The notes under the pieces: model-generated
Told to the model about the DNA's origin: nothing
Seen by the model: only the letters and a program-made list of their open reading frames with translations
Databases searched by the model: none
Part shown: piece by piece, positions 9,627 through 19,415 of the stretch
Layout: each line of letters starts with the position of its first letter
Position numbering within the stretch: position 1 is the first letter of the stretch
Made by a program: the position numbers and the translations under genes
From: a phage
DNA length: 64,000 nt
Sequence record: NC_101837.1
Reading direction: 5' to 3' (one strand)

Positions 9627-10630
9627 TATACCTCCTCAGTTTTGTCAACAACTCCACCCACTGTTTCCCCAAGGCCAAGCTCTGTAGTGTAATCACCACC
9701 TTCTATGGTGCCCTTATGATGCACCGTGATCACCTTATAGAAGCCTGTATATTGCTTGCTTTTAAGATAAATAGTGGACTCTGGGAGGATAGCTCCGTTA
9801 AGGCATGTGGTTACAGTAAGGCCAACATCCTCTCTCGGGTTTTTCTTTTTCTTTTTAGATGTCGAACCACCTTTGGCAGCAGCTTTAGCTTTTCGTTTTT
9901 TAGCAGGTTCTGGGTTTTTAGGGGTAGGAGATCCGTGCATCCCAGACTCTGCACTTATTTCAAACACAGAGTCTTTGAACCTTTTTCCAACCTTGGTCCA
10001 ATACAAAGCCCCATCCTGAACGCTAAATGTTGAGTTGGTCAGCCTTGCAAACCTGCGGAGGTTCTCTGCAGTGTTTCCAGAGAAAGCCATAGAGTATTGC
10101 AAAGTCTGGTTTCCAAAACCAACAACCCTACCTTTTGGCAAGTTCATATCCTTCAGTAGGTCATTAAGCACAGAGTTCAGAGGTGTACCTTTCTGATAAG
10201 ATCTTGTGCTTTGGCACTTAATGATGTTCTCAGTGCCATCCCCAAAGATGAACTTAGTTTTTCTGGTCGGACCTTCCCACCTGTCTTCAACAAACTCCAC
10301 AGTTCCGGAGAATATCAACTGGTTCTCATTATCATAGCCAGCTTCAAACATAACTGCAAGGGCATCAGCCTGATGCATATCCAGATAGTTAACTGTATCG
10401 TCAGACAGGTTGTAAACTGTCACATAACCTTTGTTTGGCTCTTTGGTATTGTCCTTTTGTATGTCAAACTCTATATTGGCAGCACCAGTGTCTGAGCTAA
10501 CTTCATAAACTCCGGAATCACTCTCCCCTTTCTTTTCAACAGATTTTGGGATATTGGTTTTTGATTTACCGCCATGTTCTACAGGACGACCAAACAATAA
10601 TCGCCATGTTCTACGTCTGTACTCTGCCAT
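9626..10630 (-). CDS. hypothetical baseplate/tail protein with poly-Lys/Ala low-complexity segment
   Basis: 334 aa; contains KKRKAKAAAKGGSTSKKKKK encoded by a (TTTTTC)n-like tract near 9840-9900. Confidence 0.45.
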   Translation of the reverse strand: MAEYRRRTWRLLFGRPVEHGGKSKTNIPKSVEKKGESDSGVYEVSSDTGAANIEFDIQKDNTKEPNKGYVTVYNLSDDTVNYLDMHQADALAVMFEAGYDNENQLIFSGTVEFVEDRWEGPTRKTKFIFGDGTENIIKCQSTRSYQKGTPLNSVLNDLLKDMNLPKGRVVGFGNQTLQYSMAFSGNTAENLRRFARLTNSTFSVQDGALYWTKVGKRFKDSVFEISAESGMHGSPTPKNPEPAKKRKAKAAAKGGSTSKKKKKNPREDVGLTVTTCLNGAILPESTIYLKSKQYTGFYKVITVHHKGTIEGGDYTTELGLGETVGGVVDKTEEV

Positions 10631-11010
10631 TATTCTAACCCTTGCTGTTCCTTGTAAAGATCAACCGGGGTGCCGTATACAAGTTGTAGCTCAGATCTCG
10701 CCCCAAGGTTATATCTTCCAACCCTGCCCCAATATTGATCGTCTTTAAACGACAGCGCCATCAATCTACCTTTCGGTAAATCGTCTCTGTAATGCAATCC
10801 GTCTAAAATATCTTGACAAGCTGTTACTTTTCTGGTTACTAAAGGGCTGTCACCTACCGGACCAAGAGATAACCACCAGGACTCATCCCTCTCATTCCAT
10901 TGCATACGCATTTCATACGTCTCATTGTCTAAAACAACACGCATGGTTTGATCAGGAAAGCCGTCAATGTCCCACACAAAGGTGATTATGCACCAATCTT
11001 TAAGTTCCAT
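10630..11010 (-). CDS. hypothetical tail protein
   Basis: 126-aa ORF translationally coupled in tail module. Confidence 0.4.
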   Translation of the reverse strand: MELKDWCIITFVWDIDGFPDQTMRVVLDNETYEMRMQWNERDESWWLSLGPVGDSPLVTRKVTACQDILDGLHYRDDLPKGRLMALSFKDDQYWGRVGRYNLGARSELQLVYGTPVDLYKEQQGLE

Positions 11011-11022
11011 TACACGCTCCCC

Positions 11023-11934
11023 TTATTTTCCGTTAACTTTGTTGTAGTTTCCCTGCTCAGATGGGACTATGGTAGAAGGTCTTCCATATTCCTGATAATA
11101 CCAATCCGCAGCAGATTGAGTAACACCGTTTTCATCCGTCCACATCATAGATTTGTAGGGCTGCCACTCTTCTGCGGCATTTGTGGATGCAGTGTCTGCA
11201 AATGCCCCTGTGTCCCTCTTGTTACCTACGTTACTGCCATTCTTACAGTCGTTGACAGCACCTTTTTGCTGGGTCTTGCCTACTTTCTTAGGGTTGCTGT
11301 ATACAGTTGCATTAACAACCTTGTTCAAGTAGAATGTGCGGAACTCTGTAAGTTCTACATCAAACACCATCGCAGCACCTTCACCAACAGACTTGTTGGC
11401 AGAAAGGCTGGTTATGATGTAGTTCTCAAGGAGTCTCTCCTCGGTAACCAAAGAAACCAACTGGCGCTTATTAATGATCTCAGTCAAAGCCTCCAGTGCA
11501 GCGCCTGGTCGCATAGACGCTGCAGGGTTTTTAGAGTCAGTATTCCTGTCAATGTAGTTTTGCTCATAGATTATATGTGGTGATGTATTTACCCTACCAG
11601 TAAAAGAAAATACACCATCTTTAATTACAGCGTGGTCTGACAGGGTAGATTTATCTTCCACCGCAAACCCAGTCTTATCAACAGAATGTTTGAAAGAGTA
11701 ATTCTCAACCTGATCGAAGATGATGGCAAGATCGTTAGTAAAGTTTTTACCCTTCATCTCCGTATTGCGACCACCATAGTTAAGACCGCTGACAAACATA
11801 GTGTACTTTACATCGCTTTCAGTTTGCTGTTCTGCCTTTTCAGCCTTTGGAGATTTAACCTCTTGAGGCTTGTACAGGTCTTTTTCATCAACTATATTGC
11901 TTGGCATAACCTCTCCAGGACACTCCGATACCAT
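11023..11934 (-). CDS. hypothetical tail protein
   Basis: 303-aa ORF immediately downstream of tape measure gene and its terminator. Confidence 0.45.
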   Translation of the reverse strand: MVSECPGEVMPSNIVDEKDLYKPQEVKSPKAEKAEQQTESDVKYTMFVSGLNYGGRNTEMKGKNFTNDLAIIFDQVENYSFKHSVDKTGFAVEDKSTLSDHAVIKDGVFSFTGRVNTSPHIIYEQNYIDRNTDSKNPAASMRPGAALEALTEIINKRQLVSLVTEERLLENYIITSLSANKSVGEGAAMVFDVELTEFRTFYLNKVVNATVYSNPKKVGKTQQKGAVNDCKNGSNVGNKRDTGAFADTASTNAAEEWQPYKSMMWTDENGVTQSAADWYYQEYGRPSTIVPSEQGNYNKVNGK

Positions 11935-11974
11935 CTAGATATTGTATCATAAAATAGCCGTTTTTACAACACCG

Positions 11975-12001
11975 ATAAAATAAAGGGGGCCGGAGCCCCC
12001 T
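11975..12001 (-). terminator. rho-independent terminator after tape measure gene
   Basis: Perfect GGGGGC-CGGA-GCCCCC hairpin followed on reverse strand by UUUUAUUUUAU. Confidence 0.6.
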
Positions 12002-12011
12002 GCACAGTTTA

Positions 12012-14348
12012 TTACCAAAGGTCGGTAGACATGAAGTTGATATCTTTATTGTTCTCCCACTCAAGTTTTGCATCAAATATTTTGTTAAACTCACCCTCAT
12101 CTATTGAAATCGTGATTTTCCCATCACTGATCTCTAAAGGTAGCATTTCCATAGTTCTTAATTGAGAGGCAAAACCAGGGCCACCTGGCAACGGAAGAGT
12201 CCCGCCCGGTAAGGTGTCCAAAGGATTAACAAATCCGTTACCTCCCGATATGATATCTTTGCGAATCATATCGCTGATAGTATCCAGCTGCTGATTTCTT
12301 TCACTTAGTGGGTTGTAACGGTCATTAAATAATTCCCCGGCGCTTAGTATTGTACCGATAATGCCCAGCTTACCGAGCAGACCAACTTTGCCACCAGGTG
12401 TCTTGAGGCCACCCCCACCTTTTCCTGCCGGAGCTCCACCACCAGATCCTTCTGTAGTAGCGGCACCTGCTACTCCAGCTGCACCCCTTAGAGAGCTAAG
12501 GAATTTAAAGGTTTTTACAAGCATAGATGCCATGACAAAACCTTTTGTTAGGGCGTTGACGACCAGCATGATGGCAGCAGCAAACCCTGCCCATTTAGCA
12601 TAGCTAAAGGTGTCATGAAGCTCTTCAGAATATTCCTTCGTCTTAGCTGTTATGAACCCCCATTTAATCCCCCATTCAAGGAAAAACATGCGGATCTTGA
12701 CTATAGTGTTGTTCAGTTCACCAACTACCCAGTTAAGGCCTCTCACAAACCCGCTAACAAAATCACCAGAGGCATCCCACACAAATTGCAGAGTCTCACC
12801 AGTGCGGATTAGTGTATAATAGAACTCTGTTAGTTCGTCAGACCAACGGGTGAACAGTTTCTGACGAGTCAGTTCGATAAAGGTTTTCAGTCTGTTTTCT
12901 GCCAGCACGTTAGACTTCTGCATTCTTTCATAACCAGCTGCAGATGCCTCGTTCATGTACTTAGCCACATACTTCATGATCTTGGCTGTTTTAACCTCAC
13001 CTTTCTTCATCATGTCCATGAACTGATCCATGGAGAGTTCAGAAAGACCAAAAGCCTCTTTGGTGGCCTTAATAAAAGGTTCGTATGCACCAGGCAATGC
13101 TTCAGCAAGTTGTTGCTTCAGTTCTTCGGACATTACCTGTCCTTTCCCGAGCATCTGTTGGATTGCCATAATACCGCGCTGGTATTTTACCTCATCGGCA
13201 CCATAAGCAGCAGCATACTGGGAGTATGCAGAAAACAGCTCATGCACTTCCTGATTTGTCATCTGGTTTTTGGCGTTTACCGACATCTGGGCGTAACCTT
13301 GAAGACCAGATTTGAGATCAAAACCAAGACGCATAGCCTCTTGCTGGACAAACGCAACCTCACTGTTGGCTTTGTTTGGATCTCCAGTGACAGCAGTAAG
13401 AGCAGCACTTGCCCCCTCCATCATGTGACCGGATCTGTTAACCGCAGCAAATCCAGAAAAAGCTGTATACGCAGCTGTTGCATTAATAACAGATCTACGT
13501 AAGTCTCTCATGGCATCGCCTAGTGTAAGCGTTTGGCTGGTGGCGCTTTTAAACCCAGACTGCAGCGCTGACAGGTGGGCGTTAAAGGTTGACTTCTTCA
13601 TCTCCCCGCGAGCAAACCTGGACTCTAACTCTGAGTATCCTGGCAAGCTTCCACGGAATCCGGCCCCATACTTGGCAGAAAGTCTTATCGCGGAGTTGTA
13701 GAGGTGGGTTCTCCTTGCCTCACGATCCGACATAAGCCTATTATCCATACCAGCTTTACTGTCTCTTCTTAGCTGTCTATGATAACGATTCATAGCGGCT
13801 GTCTGAGCTTTCACAAGGTTAGGGTCGGAAGCCACACCACCCATATTAGGGTTACCTGGGATATATTTGAAAGATTTGGCATTAGCCAAAACTCTTGCCT
13901 TAGGTGCCTTATAACCGCCGTAAGACACTGGTGCAGATTTGGCAGCCTTTTTGGCCTCTTTAGCTTGCTGCTGGTAGAACTTACGCATCCTAGCCATTTC
14001 TGGATTTTTAGCGGTAAGATTACCTACAGCTTGTTTACGTCTCGCATTCTCCCTACGTTCTATTGCAGCCCTTACTGCAGCCTCTTTCTTGGCCTGTGCT
14101 ACGCTCTCTCTGTGCAGTTTAGCATTTGCCTGAGATTGCTGTCTGGCAACCCGCTGCATTGTCTGCTGGGTTTTAACAGCTACCGCCTGCCATCTACTCA
14201 TGGGGTTGGCTGAGTTAAAATCCTCGCCCAGTTTCCTGAACTCCCTCCCAATACTGCGAATTTTCTCTACAGCTTTTTTGTAGGAGGAGTTCTCTATCTC
14301 AAAGCCAATCTTGTTGACTGTTGTGGCAACTATTTTGTTTGTAGCCAT
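12012..14348 (-). CDS. tail tape measure protein
   Basis: 778 aa, long predicted coiled-coil N-terminal half, Gly-rich segment (GAAGVAGAATTEGSGGGAPAGKGGGG), positioned after chaperone pair. Confidence 0.7.
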   Translation of the reverse strand: MATNKIVATTVNKIGFEIENSSYKKAVEKIRSIGREFRKLGEDFNSANPMSRWQAVAVKTQQTMQRVARQQSQANAKLHRESVAQAKKEAAVRAAIERRENARRKQAVGNLTAKNPEMARMRKFYQQQAKEAKKAAKSAPVSYGGYKAPKARVLANAKSFKYIPGNPNMGGVASDPNLVKAQTAAMNRYHRQLRRDSKAGMDNRLMSDREARRTHLYNSAIRLSAKYGAGFRGSLPGYSELESRFARGEMKKSTFNAHLSALQSGFKSATSQTLTLGDAMRDLRRSVINATAAYTAFSGFAAVNRSGHMMEGASAALTAVTGDPNKANSEVAFVQQEAMRLGFDLKSGLQGYAQMSVNAKNQMTNQEVHELFSAYSQYAAAYGADEVKYQRGIMAIQQMLGKGQVMSEELKQQLAEALPGAYEPFIKATKEAFGLSELSMDQFMDMMKKGEVKTAKIMKYVAKYMNEASAAGYERMQKSNVLAENRLKTFIELTRQKLFTRWSDELTEFYYTLIRTGETLQFVWDASGDFVSGFVRGLNWVVGELNNTIVKIRMFFLEWGIKWGFITAKTKEYSEELHDTFSYAKWAGFAAAIMLVVNALTKGFVMASMLVKTFKFLSSLRGAAGVAGAATTEGSGGGAPAGKGGGGLKTPGGKVGLLGKLGIIGTILSAGELFNDRYNPLSERNQQLDTISDMIRKDIISGGNGFVNPLDTLPGGTLPLPGGPGFASQLRTMEMLPLEISDGKITISIDEGEFNKIFDAKLEWENNKDINFMSTDLW

Positions 14349-14402
14349 GGTTTCCTCATAATAAAAAGGGCCAGATCCCAGAAAAGGAATCCGGCCCTTA
14401 GA

Positions 14403-14651
14403 TTATCCTCTCCTGCGCTTAGCTTTCGCAGCAGCTGCGGCAGCCTTCTGCTCCCGCTCCATTTCCCTGTTTTGGACGGTATCTAGGAATTCTTCGATAT
14501 CAAGATACTCACAGAGCTTCAGGAAATACGCCATATCTGCAAGATTTAGCGATTCAAAATTTTCCCCTTTGAAATTCTTGAGCACCCTACACCAAAGAAA
14601 GTCGAACCAGTTGAGTGAACTGTTCTTGGCTGCCCACTCACTGGCCCTCAC
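14403..14651 (-). CDS. tail assembly chaperone, downstream (-1 frame) segment
   Basis: Lies in -1 frame relative to 14663..15136 and that frame is open across the junction; position between tube gene and tape measure gene matches G/GT paradigm. Confidence 0.45.
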   Translation of the reverse strand: MRASEWAAKNSSLNWFDFLWCRVLKNFKGENFESLNLADMAYFLKLCEYLDIEEFLDTVQNREMEREQKAAAAAAKAKRRRG

Positions 14652-14662
14652 AACAACCTTGC

Positions 14663-15136
14663 TTATTCCTGCTCTTCCGGAGTCTGATCCAGGTTGTTCA
14701 CCTGCTGAATCATACCCATCTGCTGTAACATCTCCAGAAGGCTTCCTAAACCGTCTTGTGTGAAAAAACAGCCGTAGTTAACCTCCAGAACCTTACCTGC
14801 CAGCTTAATCATCTCCAGCAGATGCCCTGCAAACACAACATCTGGGTTAAGCTTATCCACACCATCTACGGTAATATCTTCGAACAAGATTTTAAATAAC
14901 TCTTCAATAGAGCTATCATCAAGTTCTTGGAACAGGTAAGCCAGAGCAGTAGGAAGGACCTCTGCCATATTCTGACCACCAGAGATAATAGATCCACCGA
15001 TAGCACCTAGCGGGACAGCCACAATCTTACCGATTTTAGGCATGTTTTTCATTGCTTTCATCGGTCCCCAGTGGGTGATCACAAAGTTGTGCCCTGCTAA
15101 ATCAATCTCTGTTGTAGGTCTAAAGTTTATAGCCAT
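14663..15136 (-). CDS. tail assembly chaperone (G-like)
   Basis: 157 aa, acidic C-terminus, immediately upstream of tape measure gene. Confidence 0.5.
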   Translation of the reverse strand: MAINFRPTTEIDLAGHNFVITHWGPMKAMKNMPKIGKIVAVPLGAIGGSIISGGQNMAEVLPTALAYLFQELDDSSIEELFKILFEDITVDGVDKLNPDVVFAGHLLEMIKLAGKVLEVNYGCFFTQDGLGSLLEMLQQMGMIQQVNNLDQTPEEQE

Positions 15137-15249
15137 TTTATAGCATCCTTATTAGTCATGTTGTGCACCATATTTGTGTATTTTACCATGATTATGGTGC
15201 ATTGTCAATTTAACCTTTCAAGCAATTCAAGAACGTGTGTCAAAACCAT

Positions 15250-15281
15250 AAAAGCAAAAAGCCTCACCCGAAGGTGAGGCT
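15250..15281 (-). terminator. rho-independent terminator after tail tube gene
   Basis: AGCCUCACC-CGAA-GGUGAGGCU hairpin followed on reverse strand by UUUUUGCUUUUAU. Confidence 0.6.
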
Positions 15282-15298
15282 TATGCTAAAGTGTGCCC

Positions 15299-15772
15299 TT
15301 AGATAATACCTGCAAGACCTGCGAGGCCAGTAAGAGCACCAGTGATGTTATCACGGTTGAGCCATGCATCCAGAATACCGATATCCCAGTCCAGCTGACC
15401 TACTTCGGTTCCGTAAGTCAGGTCAGGCTGTTTCTGGATCCAACCAATTGTGGAAATACCAGGACCCTGGCTACCTTCCAGCAGAACTGGGAAGAATACC
15501 AGACCAGTAATCGATGCCTGTTTCTGCCAGTCAGAAAGGTAAGCGTTCCATACAGAAGTGTTCTGCAAAGATACAGTCATAACACCAGATTGGTTACGAG
15601 ACAGGGCCGCAGACATTTCGCCATCCACACCAACGTGAGGGTAGATGTTGTCTTCGTTTCTTGAAACAACGATCTTGGTGTCAGCAGCGAAGCCAGTGAC
15701 ACGCTGCTGCATCAGGTACAGTTTGACCTTTTTAGGGTCATACGCATAAGGAGTTAAAATTTGAGTTTCCAT
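15299..15772 (-). CDS. tail tube protein
   Basis: 157 aa directly downstream of sheath-sized gene; order sheath-tube-chaperone-tape measure. Confidence 0.5.
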   Translation of the reverse strand: METQILTPYAYDPKKVKLYLMQQRVTGFAADTKIVVSRNEDNIYPHVGVDGEMSAALSRNQSGVMTVSLQNTSVWNAYLSDWQKQASITGLVFFPVLLEGSQGPGISTIGWIQKQPDLTYGTEVGQLDWDIGILDAWLNRDNITGALTGLAGLAGII

Positions 15773-15782
15773 CTAGTCTTCC

Positions 15783-17159
15783 TTATTCAGTCATTGCAAC
15801 AGCATTGGTGGATTTAGAACCAACTTTGTCCAGAAGGACGTTGATCCGGATACGAACGAAGTGCAGGGCGTTGTTATACACCAGTTCTACTTTCACACCT
15901 TCCAGAACACGAGCAGCCAACTGATTGGTTGGGATTTCTGCACGTTTAGGAACTGTGATGATCGGGTCGTAGAATACATTATTGTCTTCGTCAAAACCTG
16001 TCAGGATCGCACCATTCTTAATGCCAGTATTGATCGGGTTGTTCATCAGAACAGACTTGATAACCGGAAGATCATCATCAGACATCTTCATGCTTAAACC
16101 CATGTTGGAGCGACGATGCATGTACCCAAACATAGATTCTTCAGATCTGAACTTGATCCAGTGTGCAAAACGAATAGCGTCTGCATACTGACCTGAAGCA
16201 CACTTACCTTCCCAGAAAGCGCCAACACCGTTAATCATTCTGTAGAAGTTAACGTGGTTTTCCCAAATAGCCATACGCTGAGTTAAAGTCAGAGACGGTG
16301 CAATCACACCTGGCATCTGTTTTAAGTGCAAGCTGTCGCCGTAAGACGGATCGTTGGATGCCATAGCACCTATGATACCACCCTCCGGGAAGTCCTTATC
16401 TGCACGAGGATCGTACATGCCGACACTGTCATATTGTGCAGCTTTCAGTTTGGTGGCGATGTTATTATCTTTACCAGTCACATCTTCTGCAGTAGAGTAG
16501 ACATGCAGCTTGTAGTTAGCCTGAGCCCACTTAGCACATGCTTCAATGTCGGTGTGGTCTTCATGGCACAGGAAGTACCAATTGTCACGCTCAGCATTGA
16601 TCTTATCAACTACTGTAGAAGGTTTTTCAGCATTGGCGATATTTTTGATTGTATAGTTACCAGTATGGTAACCAACAGTACAGTCACCAGTGATGGTGAT
16701 AACACCATCAGCAGCCTCTACAGTGATATCGTCCAAGTTATCATCTGCTTCGATTTTAGTCTTCATTGACTCTGCAATCTGAGTTGCAGCTGTTCCACCA
16801 GAGATAGGGACTATCAAAGAGGTATTGTAGCTACCTTTTGCAATAGTCATTACGACATCGGTATCAGCTGCGGCAGCAATACCTTTAAAATCTACAGTGG
16901 TCTTTTCTTTGGCCTGTCTGCCGATCATAACGTATTGTGGAGGGAATACACCACCAAAAGCTTTTGCTGCAAACTCATACGCTGCAGAGCCTTGTGCGAA
17001 ACCATCTTCCACCATCTGATCCAGCTCTGCATATACGCGAGCTCGCTCAGTAAAGTTGTTGTGGATAGCGATGAACAGGGGAGTTTCGAAACCTACAGTG
17101 TCAATAGGCTGGGTTCCGAGGTTAACTGTAACATCTACCACTTTATCTAAATATGGCAT
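15783..17159 (-). CDS. tail sheath protein
   Basis: 458 aa, size and position typical of contractile-tail sheath; no motif confirmation. Confidence 0.5.
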   Translation of the reverse strand: MPYLDKVVDVTVNLGTQPIDTVGFETPLFIAIHNNFTERARVYAELDQMVEDGFAQGSAAYEFAAKAFGGVFPPQYVMIGRQAKEKTTVDFKGIAAAADTDVVMTIAKGSYNTSLIVPISGGTAATQIAESMKTKIEADDNLDDITVEAADGVITITGDCTVGYHTGNYTIKNIANAEKPSTVVDKINAERDNWYFLCHEDHTDIEACAKWAQANYKLHVYSTAEDVTGKDNNIATKLKAAQYDSVGMYDPRADKDFPEGGIIGAMASNDPSYGDSLHLKQMPGVIAPSLTLTQRMAIWENHVNFYRMINGVGAFWEGKCASGQYADAIRFAHWIKFRSEESMFGYMHRRSNMGLSMKMSDDDLPVIKSVLMNNPINTGIKNGAILTGFDEDNNVFYDPIITVPKRAEIPTNQLAARVLEGVKVELVYNNALHFVRIRINVLLDKVGSKSTNAVAMTE

Positions 17160-17231
17160 TTGTTTCCTCTTAATATCTGTGCACGGATATCAAACACGCA
17201 GTGTAATCATTACACTACACAATTATAACGA

Positions 17232-17783
17232 TTACTGACCACTGTCTGTAACCGCTTTACCAGAATTGGGTGAAGGGAAGTGTGTGGTTATTTCAGCCTT
17301 AATTCCCTGAAGATCCTCAAAAGCCCCAATGTCTGTTTCAACAAACCTTACGTTAAATGTCAGCATCACAGTGGCTCTATTTTCATACGTCTGCTTATTC
17401 AACGGCACTCTTTGAGGTGAGATTGTTGAATTGTTAGAGTAGGCAAAGCACGATCCCAGAGGGAAATACTTGTCATAAAACATTGGAAGGTTTATTGCTT
17501 GCAATACTCTGCTAAGTGCAGCATATGCCCTGCCACGATAAGCTGTTAACAGATAAGTAACAGTGTAGCTGTGGGTGACGTAAGCATTACCCTCCGCATC
17601 TTGAAACTCATTATCTTCCCAAGTGGTGGGATTGATCGCCAAGGTTTGTAAAAGCACAAACTCACCTTCCGGCTTCGGTATGGTAGAGCTTTCTGCCAGA
17701 ACTACAGTTCTTCCTGTGGCAACCTTGACAAGCTTAGCAATGGTTGTTTCAAGATCAGAAAAAACTTTTTCGAAAGCTTCCAT
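17232..17783 (-). CDS. hypothetical tail completion/terminator-region protein
   Basis: 183-aa ORF between head and sheath genes. Confidence 0.4.
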   Translation of the reverse strand: MEAFEKVFSDLETTIAKLVKVATGRTVVLAESSTIPKPEGEFVLLQTLAINPTTWEDNEFQDAEGNAYVTHSYTVTYLLTAYRGRAYAALSRVLQAINLPMFYDKYFPLGSCFAYSNNSTISPQRVPLNKQTYENRATVMLTFNVRFVETDIGAFEDLQGIKAEITTHFPSPNSGKAVTDSGQ

Positions 17784-18208
17784 CAGTCTTCTCCTTCAGG
17801 CTCTTCTACCACAAAAAATCTATATCTCCCACCACCAGAGGTAACATATGCATCGCATTTTAAAACGGTAAACCATTTCAAGTCACCACGGATGTCAGGC
17901 AGCTGAATTTGATCAGCCATTGCATATGTTCCTTCATCTGGACTATACAACTTGGTTGAGGAGTAGACTGTAAAAGCCTCGTACTGTCTGTCACCTTCTG
18001 GATTTATTTGAGAGGAGTAATCTTTAGCTGCCCTTCCTGTCAACGGCTGCACAACACACTCTAAGACATCAAACTCTTCATACTCAAGTTCTAACCCCTC
18101 GTTAGCAAAAGGACCACCAACTGTTTTGTTATACACTCTGTGGCGACCTTTGAATGTTTTACGGGGTATTAGCCTGTTCTTTCCTATCAGCTTATAACCT
18201 GCTGCCAC
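17783..18208 (-). CDS. hypothetical head-tail joining region protein
   Basis: 141-aa ORF, start/stop overlap with neighbour. Confidence 0.4.
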   Translation of the reverse strand: MAAGYKLIGKNRLIPRKTFKGRHRVYNKTVGGPFANEGLELEYEEFDVLECVVQPLTGRAAKDYSSQINPEGDRQYEAFTVYSSTKLYSPDEGTYAMADQIQLPDIRGDLKWFTVLKCDAYVTSGGGRYRFFVVEEPEGED

Positions 18209-18217
18209 TCAACCCCC

Positions 18218-18694
18218 TTATTTTTGCTGTCCAATTTTAAAGGTTGCAGATTCCAGCAGCACATCGTAATGCCGCATAGCCTCGTTGAAGCCCTTCTCTT
18301 GTGCCCACTGCTCACTAACAGTAGGGTTACTAAACTGACCAGCCTCAATAACAAACTGGATAGCTTTGGCCCCTGTGTCCCCCATCTGCTTAAGAATAGC
18401 CTCTGCACTTGATCCTCTAGCCATAGCTCTCAACAATTTTTCTGTCAAGGTCTGTAGTTGAGTGCTGTGAAATGCAAAAGCTGTCTCCATGAAATTGCGA
18501 ACAGGCAGCCCGTTCCAACCGAAGTTGTGAATGGCTGCCAATGTTGCCATATTTAAGCCTGACGGGTGAGGTTCGTCATAAAAGCCGTAGGTTATTGTTT
18601 TACTTTCAAGTCTCACAAGTTCTTTGTAGAAGCGATCTAAACGCTTTAGGTTGAACCTTGTTTGACATTTAACCTTTAGCATTATATCCCTCAC
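18218..18694 (-). CDS. hypothetical head-tail joining region protein
   Basis: 158-aa ORF in structural block. Confidence 0.4.
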   Translation of the reverse strand: MRDIMLKVKCQTRFNLKRLDRFYKELVRLESKTITYGFYDEPHPSGLNMATLAAIHNFGWNGLPVRNFMETAFAFHSTQLQTLTEKLLRAMARGSSAEAILKQMGDTGAKAIQFVIEAGQFSNPTVSEQWAQEKGFNEAMRHYDVLLESATFKIGQQK

Positions 18695-18735
18695 TAATGT
18701 ATTTTACCACAAAGATACATCAAAAGCAACAATTT

Positions 18736-19413
18736 TTAAAAACTGCGTTTGCGTCTTGGGTGGCGAGGAGGTTGGTTATTTAGACCGCTGATAGGTGTAA
18801 TCCCCTGGACATCGAACGGTCCGTTGCTGTTTTCATTAAATTTAACCCGAATTCCTTCGTCTACACGAACACCACCAATGATAATCATTCTGCTGTAAGC
18901 ATCTAGCTCAGAATCTACATAGTCTGGGTGTGCCAGCAGCCAATCAAGGAAATCCTTCCATTGGGCGTAGGAAGATCCACCACGAATCTCTATGGTCTCA
19001 TCACCTATTTTTTCCAGACGGGAAGTTATACTTGCATTACCGCTGGACACTTCCTGCATCATCAGCCACCGCACAAGCTGCACAAGCACATTGTACTTAA
19101 GTAGAGGTAGCTTATCAGGATCTGCCGGATAATTTAGTTTCAACTTCTCCATGTCAAGGAATGTTTTAATTACCTCATCAGGGAGGGTTTCCTCATCAAC
19201 ATTGCCAAGCAACAACCTCATAATATTAATAAGAGGTTGGTCTGGATCAGGTTCCGGAGGTACAGGATCTTCTTTTGGTGGTTCTTCTGGGGTATCGACT
19301 ACACCATCATGGTTAGGCGGTGACGGGATAATCTCTTCATCTTCATACCATGCCATTTGAAAATACCTCGTAAAAATAAAGCCCCATTCCTGATTTGGAA
19401 GGGGCCTTAACAA
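18736..19413 (-). CDS. hypothetical structural protein with Pro/Glu-rich segment
   Basis: 225 aa; PEEPPKEDPVPPEPDPDQP low-complexity tract. Confidence 0.4.
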   Translation of the reverse strand: MLRPLPNQEWGFIFTRYFQMAWYEDEEIIPSPPNHDGVVDTPEEPPKEDPVPPEPDPDQPLINIMRLLLGNVDEETLPDEVIKTFLDMEKLKLNYPADPDKLPLLKYNVLVQLVRWLMMQEVSSGNASITSRLEKIGDETIEIRGGSSYAQWKDFLDWLLAHPDYVDSELDAYSRMIIIGGVRVDEGIRVKFNENSNGPFDVQGITPISGLNNQPPRHPRRKRSF

Positions 19414-19415
19414 AA

